Source of the DNA: Candidatus Blackburnbacteria bacterium RIFCSPLOWO2_01_FULL_40_20
GTDB taxonomy: Bacteria > Patescibacteriota > Microgenomatia > UBA8517 > UBA10165
Direction of reading: 5' to 3'
Assembly: GCA_001816475.1 (NCBI GenBank)
Contig: MHCC01000027.1
Coordinates: 11,312 to 75,311 of the forward strand
DNA length: 64,000 bases
How positions within the stretch are numbered: the first letter of the stretch is position 1; every line of letters starts with the position of its first letter. Positions 21,225 through 30,803 of this stretch are shown here, in pieces. A model generated the notes under the pieces. That model was given only the letters and a program-made list of their open reading frames with translations, was not told the origin of the DNA and did not search any database. A program made the translations under genes and the position numbers.

Positions 21225-21475
21225 TTTGCTTCTTTGTATCTCATCTCTCGCAACGTCCCAACCACATCGAAATCTTTTAAATACTTGGCATTTTGTTGGG
21301 CTAATTTTTTAGTCTGAGCTATTAGTTTCTTTTTTGAAGCAAGGGATTTTCCTCCTTTTCGAGCTAATTTTTCCCGAATTATAGCAGACAGGCTCTTTCG
21401 CTTTTTAGCAGCCTCTTCCTTGAGTCTTAAATAATCTTCCTCAGAAATTCGAATGTTAGTGGTTACATAATCCAT
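21221..21475 (-). CDS. RHH/CopG-like antitoxin
   Basis: TTNIRISEEDYLRLKEEA...SLSAIIRE; overlaps vapC start. Confidence 0.75.
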   Translation of the reverse strand: MDYVTTNIRISEEDYLRLKEEAAKKRKSLSAIIREKLARKGGKSLASKKKLIAQTKKLAQQNAKYLKDFDVVGTLREMRYKEAK

Positions 21476-21618
21476 AAAACCTGTTTCAAAACTCGCCTTG
21501 CGAGCTCGTTTTGAGAGATTCGCTAGGTTGTATGAACTAGTTTTGAAACCAGTTCATAATACAATTATACAATTGTATTAGTAAAAGTCAAGATCAATTA
21601 GCAAACTTGATCATATAA

Positions 21619-21708
21619 GTCATATTGGAAATTGACCTTAGAAATGATCCCCGAAATGCAGGAAAAGTTCTACAAAAAATACTGGACGAGTACAATAAAT
21701 TGAAATAA
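21619..21708 (+). pseudogene. 3' remnant of a paralog of ORF 29558..29929
   Basis: EIDLRNDPRNAGKVLQKILDEYNKLK* vs DIDLRHNPESVGEVLQTILDEYKRIK*. Confidence 0.75.
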
Positions 21709-21709
21709 A

Positions 21710-21761
21710 TTTCAACTGATTTCAACTGATTCTTGACTGATTTAGACGTTTGAATTAGAAT
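21710..21761 (+). promoter_or_regulatory. Sigma70 promoter with tandem TTCAACTGAT repeats
   Basis: TTGACT(21733)-17 bp-TAGAAT(21756); 10-bp repeats abut the -35 box. Confidence 0.65.
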
Positions 21762-21788
21762 ACAAACTATAGACAGGAGGTGTTTAAC

Positions 21789-21854
21789 TTGAAATTGGTA
21801 ATTAAAAGAAAAAAATCTCGTATTGTGATATTCTGTTCCCCTGAAGATAGATAA
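21789..21854 (+). CDS. Putative RiPP precursor MKLVIKRKKSRIVIFCSPEDR
   Basis: AGGAGGT SD 7 nt before TTG; first ORF after the promoter; precedes ThiF-YcaO. Confidence 0.75.
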   Translation: MKLVIKRKKSRIVIFCSPEDR

Positions 21855-21918
21855 TATTTAAATGCACTAACCGTACCGCCTCTGGTTCCACGTCGTTGGA
21901 GTAAGTGTAGTATGTATT

Positions 21919-23007
21919 ATGGGTAGTAAACAAAAATTTAAATTAAATCTAAATTGGATAGTTAAAGAAGAAAAAGACCAAATTAGCCTCAATTCACCCT
22001 ATGGAGAGAAGAAAAAATATACACCTTCAAAACATCTGTTAGAATTTTTAATAATCAAAAGTTGTATCAATCAGCCAAAAAGTTTAAAACTAATAACTCA
22101 AGATATACAAAACGTGCTCAACGTGTCGCAAAAGGAAGTGGAAAACAAGATAAGTGAATTATTAAAAGCTAAAATATTCAGCTATAATACAACATCTGGG
22201 AATACTTTCTCCACAAATGAATTAGACAGGTATAAATGGCAACTGGAATTTTTTACTTCATTTGAATCGTTAAAAAACTCTAAATATGACATACAAAATA
22301 ATTTAAAAAACAGTCACATCGCCATCATCGGCATAGGAGGCCAAGGAAGTATCATCGCTCAAATACTCGTAGCTATGGGGATAGGAAAACTAACAATAGT
22401 AGATGGTGATACCATTGAAAGAAGTAATTTGACTAGACAACTGGCATATAATGATAGCGATATTGGTAAATACAAAGTAGAAGTGCTCAAATCAAGGCTG
22501 AAACTACAAAATCCATATACCAAAATAACTCCAATGAGGCAATATGTAACCTCAAAAAAAGATTTTATGGATATTATAAATGGTAAAGATTTTGTAATTT
22601 TGTGTGCAGATAAACCTCTCGTTAAGTTAGGGAGGTGGTTAAACAAAGTAGCCCTATCTGAAAGAATACCTTATTTAGGGGTTAGTGGAAATTGGATAGG
22701 CCCTATCTGTATACCCTTTAAAACACCCTGTTTTGAATGCGTATTGTCCCACCAAATAAATAAGGACAAAGATTTTGAAAAATATCTAAAGACATTGGAA
22801 AAACTCAAAGAAATTCCTAGGCCATCTTTTGGAGTTAGACCGATTTTATCAGGAACGTTAATGGCTTTACAAGTAATTAAATATCTCACAAAGGTTATGG
22901 ACGTTGAGATTTTAGAAGGTAGATTTAGAGTCAACATAGATTTAACTACAGAGTTTGAAAAGATAAAACTAGATAACAATTGTAAGGCATGCGGAAATAC
23001 AAAATGA
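21919..23007 (+). CDS. ThiF/E1-family adenylyltransferase with N-terminal RRE-like extension
   Basis: GIGGQG, DGDTIERSNLTRQ, CADKP, PCFEC and CKAC Zn motifs. Confidence 0.88.
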   Translation: MGSKQKFKLNLNWIVKEEKDQISLNSPYGEKKKYTPSKHLLEFLIIKSCINQPKSLKLITQDIQNVLNVSQKEVENKISELLKAKIFSYNTTSGNTFSTNELDRYKWQLEFFTSFESLKNSKYDIQNNLKNSHIAIIGIGGQGSIIAQILVAMGIGKLTIVDGDTIERSNLTRQLAYNDSDIGKYKVEVLKSRLKLQNPYTKITPMRQYVTSKKDFMDIINGKDFVILCADKPLVKLGRWLNKVALSERIPYLGVSGNWIGPICIPFKTPCFECVLSHQINKDKDFEKYLKTLEKLKEIPRPSFGVRPILSGTLMALQVIKYLTKVMDVEILEGRFRVNIDLTTEFEKIKLDNNCKACGNTK

Positions 23008-24227
23008 AATTCTCTGCTTATCCACTAGATTATCCCCTAGGAGTTCCCAAGCTCCCTGGTTATGTGGTTAAGGCTCCTCGAATATCACAATCATCATCTG
23101 ATGCAAAAAAAATAAGCAACATTGTAGGCGCGAGTGTAGGTCTTGAAAATAATAATGCACTACAAAGAGCCTATGGCGAAGCAATTGAAAGATATTGTTT
23201 GTATCAATACAATGAAACTAATTTTCAACAACATCATACAAACAAGACAGACGTTACAAAAATATTTAGTAAATTTATTCTCTATGACGATAATCAATAT
23301 TGTGATAAAAATTTTCCCTACAGGAAACCGTGCGACACCAAGAAGTTTTTTGTTGTTCTAGGAGAAAGTTTGCTTAATGGCTCACAAAAATATTTACCTG
23401 TAGATCTGGTTTATCCCCGGCATAAGAAAGATCATCAGAGGATTGATTCAATGAATCCCAGTGGGTCTGCTTCTGGCAACACCAACCAACTAGCTATTCT
23501 AAATGGTTTGTGTGAAGTTATTGAAAGAGATTCTTTGATGTGTGCTTGGTTAACTTCTTCACATTTTTATCAGCTGCCATTGCGATTTGTCAAAGATGCA
23601 AGCGTCAATAAATTATTAAATATAATTAAAAACTCTAAACTTAATTTAGTCATCTATTTAGTGGTTAATGATATGAACATGGTTACTGTTGTTGCAGTAT
23701 TGACTTCTAAAACCGCACCTTATATGTCTTTTGGATCGGCAATGACTCTTGAGATTATCCAATCAATAAAAAAAGCGATTGAGGAGTCAATTATGATTAG
23801 AAGGTCGCAACTAATCCTGTATGAACAAGACAATAACAAGCGCCAAAACAGAAAGGAAATATTAGAGTTAAGTGATCATATTATGGTTCCTACTAATAAA
23901 ACTAACGTAGCAGAAATAAAGAGAACAATGGGTAATAAATTATTAAGCTTTAATCAATATAGAAAAATTTTGTCTAAGGCGCCAGTGAGTTTATACGATC
24001 TATTAATGCGATTAGATCAAAAATATTTTGAACCTTGGTGTGTTGATATTGCCCCTAAAGAAATTAAGGAAAGTGGGTTTTCTGTTTGTAAAATTTTAAT
24101 ACCCGGACTACATCCTTTAGAAATAAATCAGAACTATTTACATAATGATCCTAGAAGATTACAATCTTTTATAAATACGAGCGTTGCCGTGACAAGAGTA
24201 AATAAGTTTCCACATCCGTTTGGATAA
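23004..24227 (+). CDS. YcaO-family enzyme
   Basis: GEAIERY, PSGSASG, GLCEVIERD, C-terminal PHPFG; ATGA coupling to the ThiF gene. Confidence 0.9.
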   Translation: MKFSAYPLDYPLGVPKLPGYVVKAPRISQSSSDAKKISNIVGASVGLENNNALQRAYGEAIERYCLYQYNETNFQQHHTNKTDVTKIFSKFILYDDNQYCDKNFPYRKPCDTKKFFVVLGESLLNGSQKYLPVDLVYPRHKKDHQRIDSMNPSGSASGNTNQLAILNGLCEVIERDSLMCAWLTSSHFYQLPLRFVKDASVNKLLNIIKNSKLNLVIYLVVNDMNMVTVVAVLTSKTAPYMSFGSAMTLEIIQSIKKAIEESIMIRRSQLILYEQDNNKRQNRKEILELSDHIMVPTNKTNVAEIKRTMGNKLLSFNQYRKILSKAPVSLYDLLMRLDQKYFEPWCVDIAPKEIKESGFSVCKILIPGLHPLEINQNYLHNDPRRLQSFINTSVAVTRVNKFPHPFG

Positions 24228-24229
24228 TC

Positions 24230-25567
24230 ATGAGAATTTATAATAGTCTTACAAGAAAAACTGATATTTTTAAGCCTATAAATCCTCCTAAAGTAGGAAT
24301 GTATACATGCGGCCCAACAGTACACGACTATCAGCATATTGGTAACTTTAGAACCATGATACTGTCTGATTTTTTGTACAGAACACTTGTTGCCAATAAT
24401 TATCAAGTCAAGTCTGTAAGAAACATCACTGATATTGATGACAAGATAATAAAAAAGGCAAAAGAAAAAAACTTGCCGATAGAAATATTTACCAAAGAAT
24501 ACACTCAGGCTTTTATAGAAGATTTAGGCAAGCTTAATATTTTGCCTACGAGCATTTCCCCTAAAGCTACAAAGTACATAGAGCAAATGATTAAATATAT
24601 TGAGGAACTGGTTAAGAAGGGTTTGGCCTATGTAGAAAGGGATGGCTCCGTTTATTTTGATATTTCTAAATTCCCCTGTTACGGCAAACTATCGGACCTT
24701 AATGGCCGAACGCTCAAAACAGGTACCAGAATTTTATCTGATGAATATTCAAAAGACGATGCTCAAGATTTTGCTCTCTGGAAAGCAGCGGCTCAAGATG
24801 AGGTTGGTTGGAGCAGTCCGTGGGGAAAAGGTAGACCAGGGTGGCACATTGAGTGTTCAGTAATGAGCCAACAACACCTAGGGGATACTTTTGACATACA
24901 TGTTGGAGGAATAGACCTGCTTTTCCCTCACCATGAAAATGAGATTGCCCAGTCCGAAGGAAAAACCGGCAAACCCTTTGTAAAGTACTTTATACACGGT
25001 GAACATCTGTTGGTAAATGGCACAAAGATGAGTAAATCCTTAAACAACTTCTATACCCTAAAAGATTTAGTTGGGAAAGGATTTGACCCACTTGCTTTTA
25101 GATATTTGGTGCTAACAGCACACTACAGAGATAAGCTTAATTTTACCTGGGAATCACTTACGGCGGCCCAGAATGCACTTGAGAACTTGAGAGAAAAAAT
25201 TAGAGGATGGAAACACGCAGGAAACGGATTATGTGGATACTATCACGAGTTTATCGAAGCTGTAAATAATGATTTAAATACACCACAAGCCGTAGCGGTA
25301 ATGTGGAAGATGGTTAAGGCGAAAAAACCAGTCTCTGCCAAAGCAGCAACTTTGCTCCAAATGGATCAAATTTTAGGGTTAAATATAGAAAAATATTTAG
25401 ACAGAAAATTAAACATTCCACCCGAAATTCAAGAATTAATTAGGCAAAGGGATGTGGCTAGAAAAAATAAAAATTTCAGACTGGCGGATCAGTTTAGGAT
25501 AAAAATCCAAAAGCAAGGATATCGGGTGACAGATTTAGAAGATAAGACTCGAGTAGTAAAAAGGTGA
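24230..25567 (+). CDS. cysS: Cysteinyl-tRNA synthetase
   Basis: [33 protein letters not shown]. Confidence 0.96.
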   Translation: MRIYNSLTRKTDIFKPINPPKVGMYTCGPTVHDYQHIGNFRTMILSDFLYRTLVANNYQVKSVRNITDIDDKIIKKAKEKNLPIEIFTKEYTQAFIEDLGKLNILPTSISPKATKYIEQMIKYIEELVKKGLAYVERDGSVYFDISKFPCYGKLSDLNGRTLKTGTRILSDEYSKDDAQDFALWKAAAQDEVGWSSPWGKGRPGWHIECSVMSQQHLGDTFDIHVGGIDLLFPHHENEIAQSEGKTGKPFVKYFIHGEHLLVNGTKMSKSLNNFYTLKDLVGKGFDPLAFRYLVLTAHYRDKLNFTWESLTAAQNALENLREKIRGWKHAGNGLCGYYHEFIEAVNNDLNTPQAVAVMWKMVKAKKPVSAKAATLLQMDQILGLNIEKYLDRKLNIPPEIQELIRQRDVARKNKNFRLADQFRIKIQKQGYRVTDLEDKTRVVKR

Positions 25568-25602
25568 ATATTTTGTAAATCCAATCTCTAGTTAAGGTTT
25601 GG

Positions 25603-25665
25603 CCACCAACTGATCCTTGCACTTTGATTTTTAGTGGTATAATTATTCACAAAGCATTTAGCTTC
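25603..25665 (+). repeat. Repeated promoter-like element, copy A
   Basis: ccaccaactgatccttgcac...gtggtataattattcacaaagcatt; shared with 27837 and 31891. Confidence 0.75.
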
Positions 25666-25715
25666 AAATAACGACAAAAGCATAAGCAGTCGTAACCGTA
25701 TCAACATTTTGCCCG

Positions 25716-27350
25716 TTAGTTCACTTTAATATTGTTGGTCTGCAGAAAATATTCCAACTCTAGTACATTCAGAAGAAAACTCATTGCGTCGCCTTCGAAA
25801 TATTCCTCAACTTTACCTTTTTTAATATCGTGCACAATTTCCTCTGCCTTTATCCAACCTTTTTCTCCCAATCTAGAATTTTTTAATATGGAAAGCACAA
25901 CCTTTGGTCTTTCTGTTAAATAGCGCCCCACATGTTCCTCTGCACCCTGTTTTTGCCTAAATTGTTCTGTAATGAATATATCTGTTCTCATGCGAAAAAT
26001 TTCTTGTTTTGACGGAGTCGAACCTAAGCTGCGTGGCATGCCCATCGCCACACCAATTAAACCAGGATCAATAAAAGGTGTTATTGGCCAAACCCCTGTT
26101 TCCCAATTAATTAAAAAAGAATCATGCCCAACACCGATAGCAGAAGGCGAAAAAAGAGAGTCTTGTATGTTTTTCTCTTGGAACCTTGTTTTATCGAGAA
26201 ATATCTCTAATCCCTTATTACTTAATATTTTACCGATACCATATTTGAGTTTCCATATGGAATAAAAATATTCTTGTTGCAAAGAATAACGAAGATTTAT
26301 ATCAACTGCATTCTTGTTTGACCATAACACTTCATCACCGCCAACTCCCTGAAAATAAACATTGTTACCGTCACTTTTTAATACTAATAAATACTCGTAC
26401 AATTCAGACTTGTTTGTTTGATTTGGATCTAACTTCAGCCATTTGTTATAACTAAGAGTTGAAAATGGGAAGATATTTTCAATAGAAACGAGTTTTGATA
26501 CCAAGTCATGTTTCTTCACAAATTGATTAACCACGACAGGGTCAGTGTCTTCCAACATTGTGCTGGCTACACGTGAGTAACAATTAAATTGTCTATTCGT
26601 ACTATTTTTGAGCAAATAACAAACAAGGCTGCTATCAAATCCTGATGTTAAATCCGCGGCAAACTTGATATCTTTTAAAACAACCAATCTTTCCCTTACC
26701 CTTTCACAAAGTGAAGCAATAAAAGCATTTGTAAAATCACTTAAAGAACTGTGTTGAACAGTTTGAATATTTCTCTCGTACCAATTAATATCAACAGTAT
26801 TATTAAGCCGATATGAATCGCCATATCTATATTCAAACAAAACTGCTGGCGGAATTTGTCCAATCTCTTTTATTACAGTCCTGTCAGTAATAAATATGTT
26901 ACGCGAGATGTAATCTAGCGCGCTATTGTTGTCCATGCTTGGAGATTCAATTTCCTTCAAAACATTATGAAAGCTGGTTGATAAAACAATAGAATCACCA
27001 GCCATTGAAAAGAAACAGGGAAATTTCCCTGTTTGGTCAGTTAAGACTAATAATCGTTGTTGATCAAAATCACAAAAAAGTATAAGGAAATCCCCAACCA
27101 GACTTCCCAATTCGTTCCACTTCTCCGATTTGCAAAGTCTCAATAATTGCCTCGCGCTGATTTTCTTGCCATAGTCAATAAAATAACCTGCGCATAAACA
27201 ACCGTCGGCTTCCTCGCGAAAATCCGGAGGAAACTTATTCGCAGGAAGTTTGAGATTTTTCCTTATGGAATTTTTAAAAGTCAGCTTGTCAGAAAAACCC
27301 GACTTGCTTAGTTTCAAGAAAAAATGTTCTCTAAGTTTCATATTCTGCAA
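25716..27350 (-). CDS. Asparagine synthetase-like (lasso cyclase-type) ATP-dependent ligase 1
   Basis: ADLTSGFDSS, GVGGDE, TPFIDP; lacks the N-terminal Cys of the glutaminase domain. Confidence 0.85.
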   Translation of the reverse strand: MQNMKLREHFFLKLSKSGFSDKLTFKNSIRKNLKLPANKFPPDFREEADGCLCAGYFIDYGKKISARQLLRLCKSEKWNELGSLVGDFLILFCDFDQQRLLVLTDQTGKFPCFFSMAGDSIVLSTSFHNVLKEIESPSMDNNSALDYISRNIFITDRTVIKEIGQIPPAVLFEYRYGDSYRLNNTVDINWYERNIQTVQHSSLSDFTNAFIASLCERVRERLVVLKDIKFAADLTSGFDSSLVCYLLKNSTNRQFNCYSRVASTMLEDTDPVVVNQFVKKHDLVSKLVSIENIFPFSTLSYNKWLKLDPNQTNKSELYEYLLVLKSDGNNVYFQGVGGDEVLWSNKNAVDINLRYSLQQEYFYSIWKLKYGIGKILSNKGLEIFLDKTRFQEKNIQDSLFSPSAIGVGHDSFLINWETGVWPITPFIDPGLIGVAMGMPRSLGSTPSKQEIFRMRTDIFITEQFRQKQGAEEHVGRYLTERPKVVLSILKNSRLGEKGWIKAEEIVHDIKKGKVEEYFEGDAMSFLLNVLELEYFLQTNNIKVN

Positions 27351-27606
27351 TTATCCCTTCTTCCAACATCTGTTTTATGAAAACCTTAACTGCAGAAATT
27401 TTTTGGCCAAGTTCTTTTGCAAGTTCAATAATTTGTATCCCAGGGTGAGAATTAATTTTAAAGAGGATCCAGTAGCCGCTAGAATTAACTTTAATATATC
27501 TTTTACTTTTCCAACTAAAAACGATGGTTGAATAACCGTTCCTTTTATCAATGGCGGGGTTAAAAATGACGGATAAAGGATTAACAATAAAACCTGTTTT
27601 CTCCAT
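27331..27606 (-). CDS. PqqD-like RiPP recognition element 1
   Basis: Beta strands + KVNSSGYWIL + winged helix; between precursor and cyclase. Confidence 0.7.
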   Translation of the reverse strand: MEKTGFIVNPLSVIFNPAIDKRNGYSTIVFSWKSKRYIKVNSSGYWILFKINSHPGIQIIELAKELGQKISAVKVFIKQMLEEGIIAEYET

Positions 27607-27616
27607 TCTGAATTAA

Positions 27617-27769
27617 TTAACTAGGGGTAGCCTTAGGATATCGGGTTATATCTATCAGCACACTCTTGACGTTGCCTAATTCGATCATCCCGCCTAGTAT
27701 TTCTGCGGTAGGTTCCTCTTCTACTTCAAGTTTTAATTCAGACATCTTCTCAAACTTATTTTCTACCAA
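27617..27769 (-). CDS. Putative RiPP precursor 1 (50 aa)
   Basis: GGAGGTGA SD 5 nt before TTG 27769; MVENKFEKMSELKLEVEEEPTAEILGGMIELGNVKSVLIDITRYPKATPS; homolog at 38544-38654. Confidence 0.8.
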   Translation of the reverse strand: MVENKFEKMSELKLEVEEEPTAEILGGMIELGNVKSVLIDITRYPKATPS

Positions 27770-27836
27770 GGTCCTCACCTCCAATTCCCAAGCTTTATTA
27801 TACCGCAAGTCGTCAATTTGTGACTAAAAAAGTCGA

Positions 27837-27926
27837 CCACCAACTGATTCTTGCACTTCCATTATTGGTGATATATAACTTATTCACAAAAAGTATTTTT
27901 TGCTTCGCAAAACTTGACAAATAACT
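27837..27926 (+). repeat. Repeated promoter-like element, copy B
   Basis: ccaccaactgattcttgcac...ttattcacaaa...ttttgcttcgcaaaacttgacaaataact. Confidence 0.75.
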
Positions 27927-27951
27927 GCTCCGAAATAGTTTACTCGCCTTT

Positions 27952-28302
27952 TTGAAGGAAAATAAATTTATGAAAAATAACAAGAGAATGGGAAAAAAAT
28001 TTGCCCGAACACCTGAAAATTTTACTTGTGTAGTATGTGGACAGGAAATTAAAGGTACAGGCTATACCGATCATTGCCCAAGCTGTCTTTGGAGTCGGCA
28101 TGTGGACATAAACCCAGGAGACAGAAAATCCTCATGTCAAGGTCTAATGGAACCACTAGGCGTGACCCAAAAAAAGGGCGATTGGCGTATTTATTATAAA
28201 TGCCAGTCGTGCGGCTATAAACATTTCAATAAAACAGCTGATGACGACAACACGGAATTAATTATCCAGCTATCAAGCCGCCCAATAAAAATGAAAACTT
28301 AG
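27952..28302 (+). CDS. RNHCP-domain Zn-binding protein
   Basis: FTCVVCG, DHCPSCLWSRHVD..PGDR..C.GLMEP. Confidence 0.85.
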   Translation: MKENKFMKNNKRMGKKFARTPENFTCVVCGQEIKGTGYTDHCPSCLWSRHVDINPGDRKSSCQGLMEPLGVTQKKGDWRIYYKCQSCGYKHFNKTADDDNTELIIQLSSRPIKMKT

Positions 28303-28420
28303 AATGAAAGCGGTATGCCGCAATAATCATTGTTTGTACAGAAAACAACTTAATTCAAGCATGTTGTGATATACTCTTAACGAACAAGAAACGGCGCATT
28401 GAAATCAACTGGAGGTAAGC

Positions 28421-28630
28421 GTGTCTGACGACTATCCTGGTCGTATTGCCGTCACACATTTGGGCAAAAATGGCCTACCAGACCACACGGTCTACTCGTA
28501 CGGCGGCCTTAGACGGAGTTTCGATTCGAACAAAGGCCAAAACATCCGCAACGAGCATTACACTGAAAATGGAGTAAAGGGGTCTGCTGTTACCCCAACC
28601 CCACCTCCTCCCACCAAAAAGGACAAGTAA
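28421..28630 (+). CDS. Small His-motif protein, pair 1
   Basis: GGAGGT SD + GTG; enclosed by arms; shares motif with 29266 ORF. Confidence 0.65.
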   Translation: MSDDYPGRIAVTHLGKNGLPDHTVYSYGGLRRSFDSNKGQNIRNEHYTENGVKGSAVTPTPPPPTKKDK

Positions 28631-28723
28631 CAAATCAACCGACTGTCGCACCGTTTTCTTGTTCACAGAGGAAAGATTGTTTGATCTACAAACAATCGAA
28701 CAATCTTTCCTTACTTTTTATAA

Positions 28724-29101
28724 ATGAAACAACAAAATATTAAAGAGGATAAAACCATTAGAATTATATTTCCTACAAAAAAGTTCAAGAAATATCTTGA
28801 AAAATCAGGCGTAAGTTCAACAAAAGAATTAAGTTTAGACTTAATTCATAACGTTTTTGTCGAAACGATAGGAGATTTTAGAAAAGGAGAGCTTTCCTTA
28901 GATGAACTTTCTGGAATATCTAACCATCTTTGGTCAGATGGAATTAGCGACAAAGACAAATTTAATAGTGATTTAGCAAAAACGCTATACTCGGCCGCAG
29001 AGCTGTCTTTTTACGTTAGAAACGTCCAAGATAAGGATGCCGCAAAAAGATTTATTGAGTTTTTGCGTGAAGTTTTAAGCTATACAAGCTCCAACATATA
29101 A
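28724..29101 (+). CDS. Helical partner protein, pair 1
   Basis: Homologous by eye to 29558..29929 (KY[LF][ED]K...[VI]F...D[FY]...D[ET]L). Confidence 0.65.
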   Translation: MKQQNIKEDKTIRIIFPTKKFKKYLEKSGVSSTKELSLDLIHNVFVETIGDFRKGELSLDELSGISNHLWSDGISDKDKFNSDLAKTLYSAAELSFYVRNVQDKDAAKRFIEFLREVLSYTSSNI

Positions 29102-29265
29102 AATCTTTCCAAAATTTAATCAAACAATCTCGACATGCTTTATCTCGTTTAAAACCACACTCTCTGTTGACTACCCATAACACAAGTAGTACCCTGTATT
29201 AGGCTGGGTTAGGAATTAGTCGAGAGTGGGTGTTTCGTAACAATTTACGCAATGGAGGGTTCGCC

Positions 29266-29511
29266 ATACCAAGCGGAGACATTTTTACAAGCGGACTTCG
29301 GGCCATAGTGAAATCCCTGGAAGGCAAAGTGGATTTTCCAACAGGCCATCAGACCCAGACCTACCCTGATCGTTATCACGCCAGTCGGGATAGACACGGA
29401 CCTTGGCACTGGACAGACCACGACAAGAAGAAAAACGATCAGACTACCACAATCCGCCTCCCGACTCGAGAACCTAACCAAAGCCAGCTTAGGGAGAGTG
29501 TCCAACTTTAA
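29266..29511 (+). CDS. Small His-motif protein, pair 2 (possible ATA start; GTG 29230 alternative)
   Basis: GGAGG at 29254 precedes in-frame ATA 29266; HQTQTY...HASRD...HWTD. Confidence 0.55.
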   Translation: MPSGDIFTSGLRAIVKSLEGKVDFPTGHQTQTYPDRYHASRDRHGPWHWTDHDKKKNDQTTTIRLPTREPNQSQLRESVQL

Positions 29512-29557
29512 CCTTCACGAGCTAACCACTCTTTTCTCTCCCTAAGCCCTTATTTAT

Positions 29558-29929
29558 ATGCAAAACAACACAGATTATTTATTAGCCAAATTTTCTCAAG
29601 ATGATGAGTCCGTAAGACTTTTGGCTAAATATTTTGACAAAAATAACATCCAATTATCCGCGCGAAAGCTCAACGAAAAAGATCTTGAAGTTATTTTTGC
29701 TTCTTTAGTGGAGGATTATTTGGAATATAGGATAGATCCCGATACATTGGGATACCTTTGCGGAAAAATCGTTTATTGTCTGATTCAAGACGACAAATAT
29801 TTATGTAATACTCATATAGGAGGTTTGCTAAGTAGAATAGGTGATTGGGATATAGACCTAAGACATAATCCGGAAAGTGTGGGCGAAGTTTTGCAAACGA
29901 TTTTAGATGAATATAAAAGAATTAAATAA
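29558..29929 (+). CDS. Helical partner protein, pair 2
   Basis: 123-aa ORF; paralog remnant at 21619. Confidence 0.65.
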   Translation: MQNNTDYLLAKFSQDDESVRLLAKYFDKNNIQLSARKLNEKDLEVIFASLVEDYLEYRIDPDTLGYLCGKIVYCLIQDDKYLCNTHIGGLLSRIGDWDIDLRHNPESVGEVLQTILDEYKRIK

Positions 29930-29936
29930 CTCCGTT

Positions 29937-30712
29937 TTATTTTTTAAATTCAATTGTTTCTATGTCTTCTTTACAACTTATTAGAAAATCGTCGATATTT
30001 TGATTTTTTGTTTTATACATTAGGTATTTTTTCCTAAAATAGCCTTGAATAGATATGTCCGTTTGGTTTTTGGAATATGCTTGATAATTGTATTCGGGAT
30101 AACCAAATGTCTCAGCATCGGGTATAAGTCTCAATAAAACAGGATCAGCATTCAAGATTGAAACTAATATTTCACTCAGATGCCAATAATCATGGGGGGG
30201 CTTCGAAAGTATCTTCTATACTATTTGGGAAAAGCTCCCTCCACTTCTTGAAATATATAAAATGAGTAACTTCGTGGAGTATTGTTGCCAATGATCGAAA
30301 TATGTAATCTTTGAAGTAAATCTGGAAACTTAGGGATTGCAAATCTCTTGGATATAATCGAACTATACCCATATAACAAACTATGCTCTCCAGTCCTTTC
30401 AAATCGGTATTCAACAACTCAGAAAGTCTTTGAAAAACTTTCTTTTCCAGTTTAGTCCAAACACTGTGAATGTTCCCATTGTAAGCCTCTAACTCGTCCT
30501 TGTGTTTCTGAAAATATTCATCAACATAATCCTTTATTGCCTTCTTTTGAAAATTGATATTCTTATTTTTAGAAATTATTTTTTTTAGGGTAAGATGGTC
30601 TTCCTGTAAAAATTTTTACCGTTTCCTTTTTAAACGGATTATCCTCTAAAAGAAAAAAATAGAGAGATTCGGTTACCGCTTGTGGTTCTGTCTTAAAATA
30701 TAAATTAGTCAT
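29937..30712 (-). pseudogene. Frameshifted HEXXH zinc-peptidase-like gene
   Basis: GAGGTG SD + ATG 30712; fragments include TILHEVTHF; several frame breaks. Confidence 0.55.
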
Positions 30713-30803
30713 AGCACCTCATTAAATCAATCAAAAAAATGCAAATATTGGGTAAATTATAGCAGGTTTAGAAAACACTTTAAGGGTTGCAAATCTAATC
30801 TCT

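Noticed and set aside
27617-27769. Canonical lasso peptide or double-glycine bacteriocin precursor
   Set aside because: No B2 protease, core after T-x too short for a ring, and GG is not conserved in the paralog (GK)
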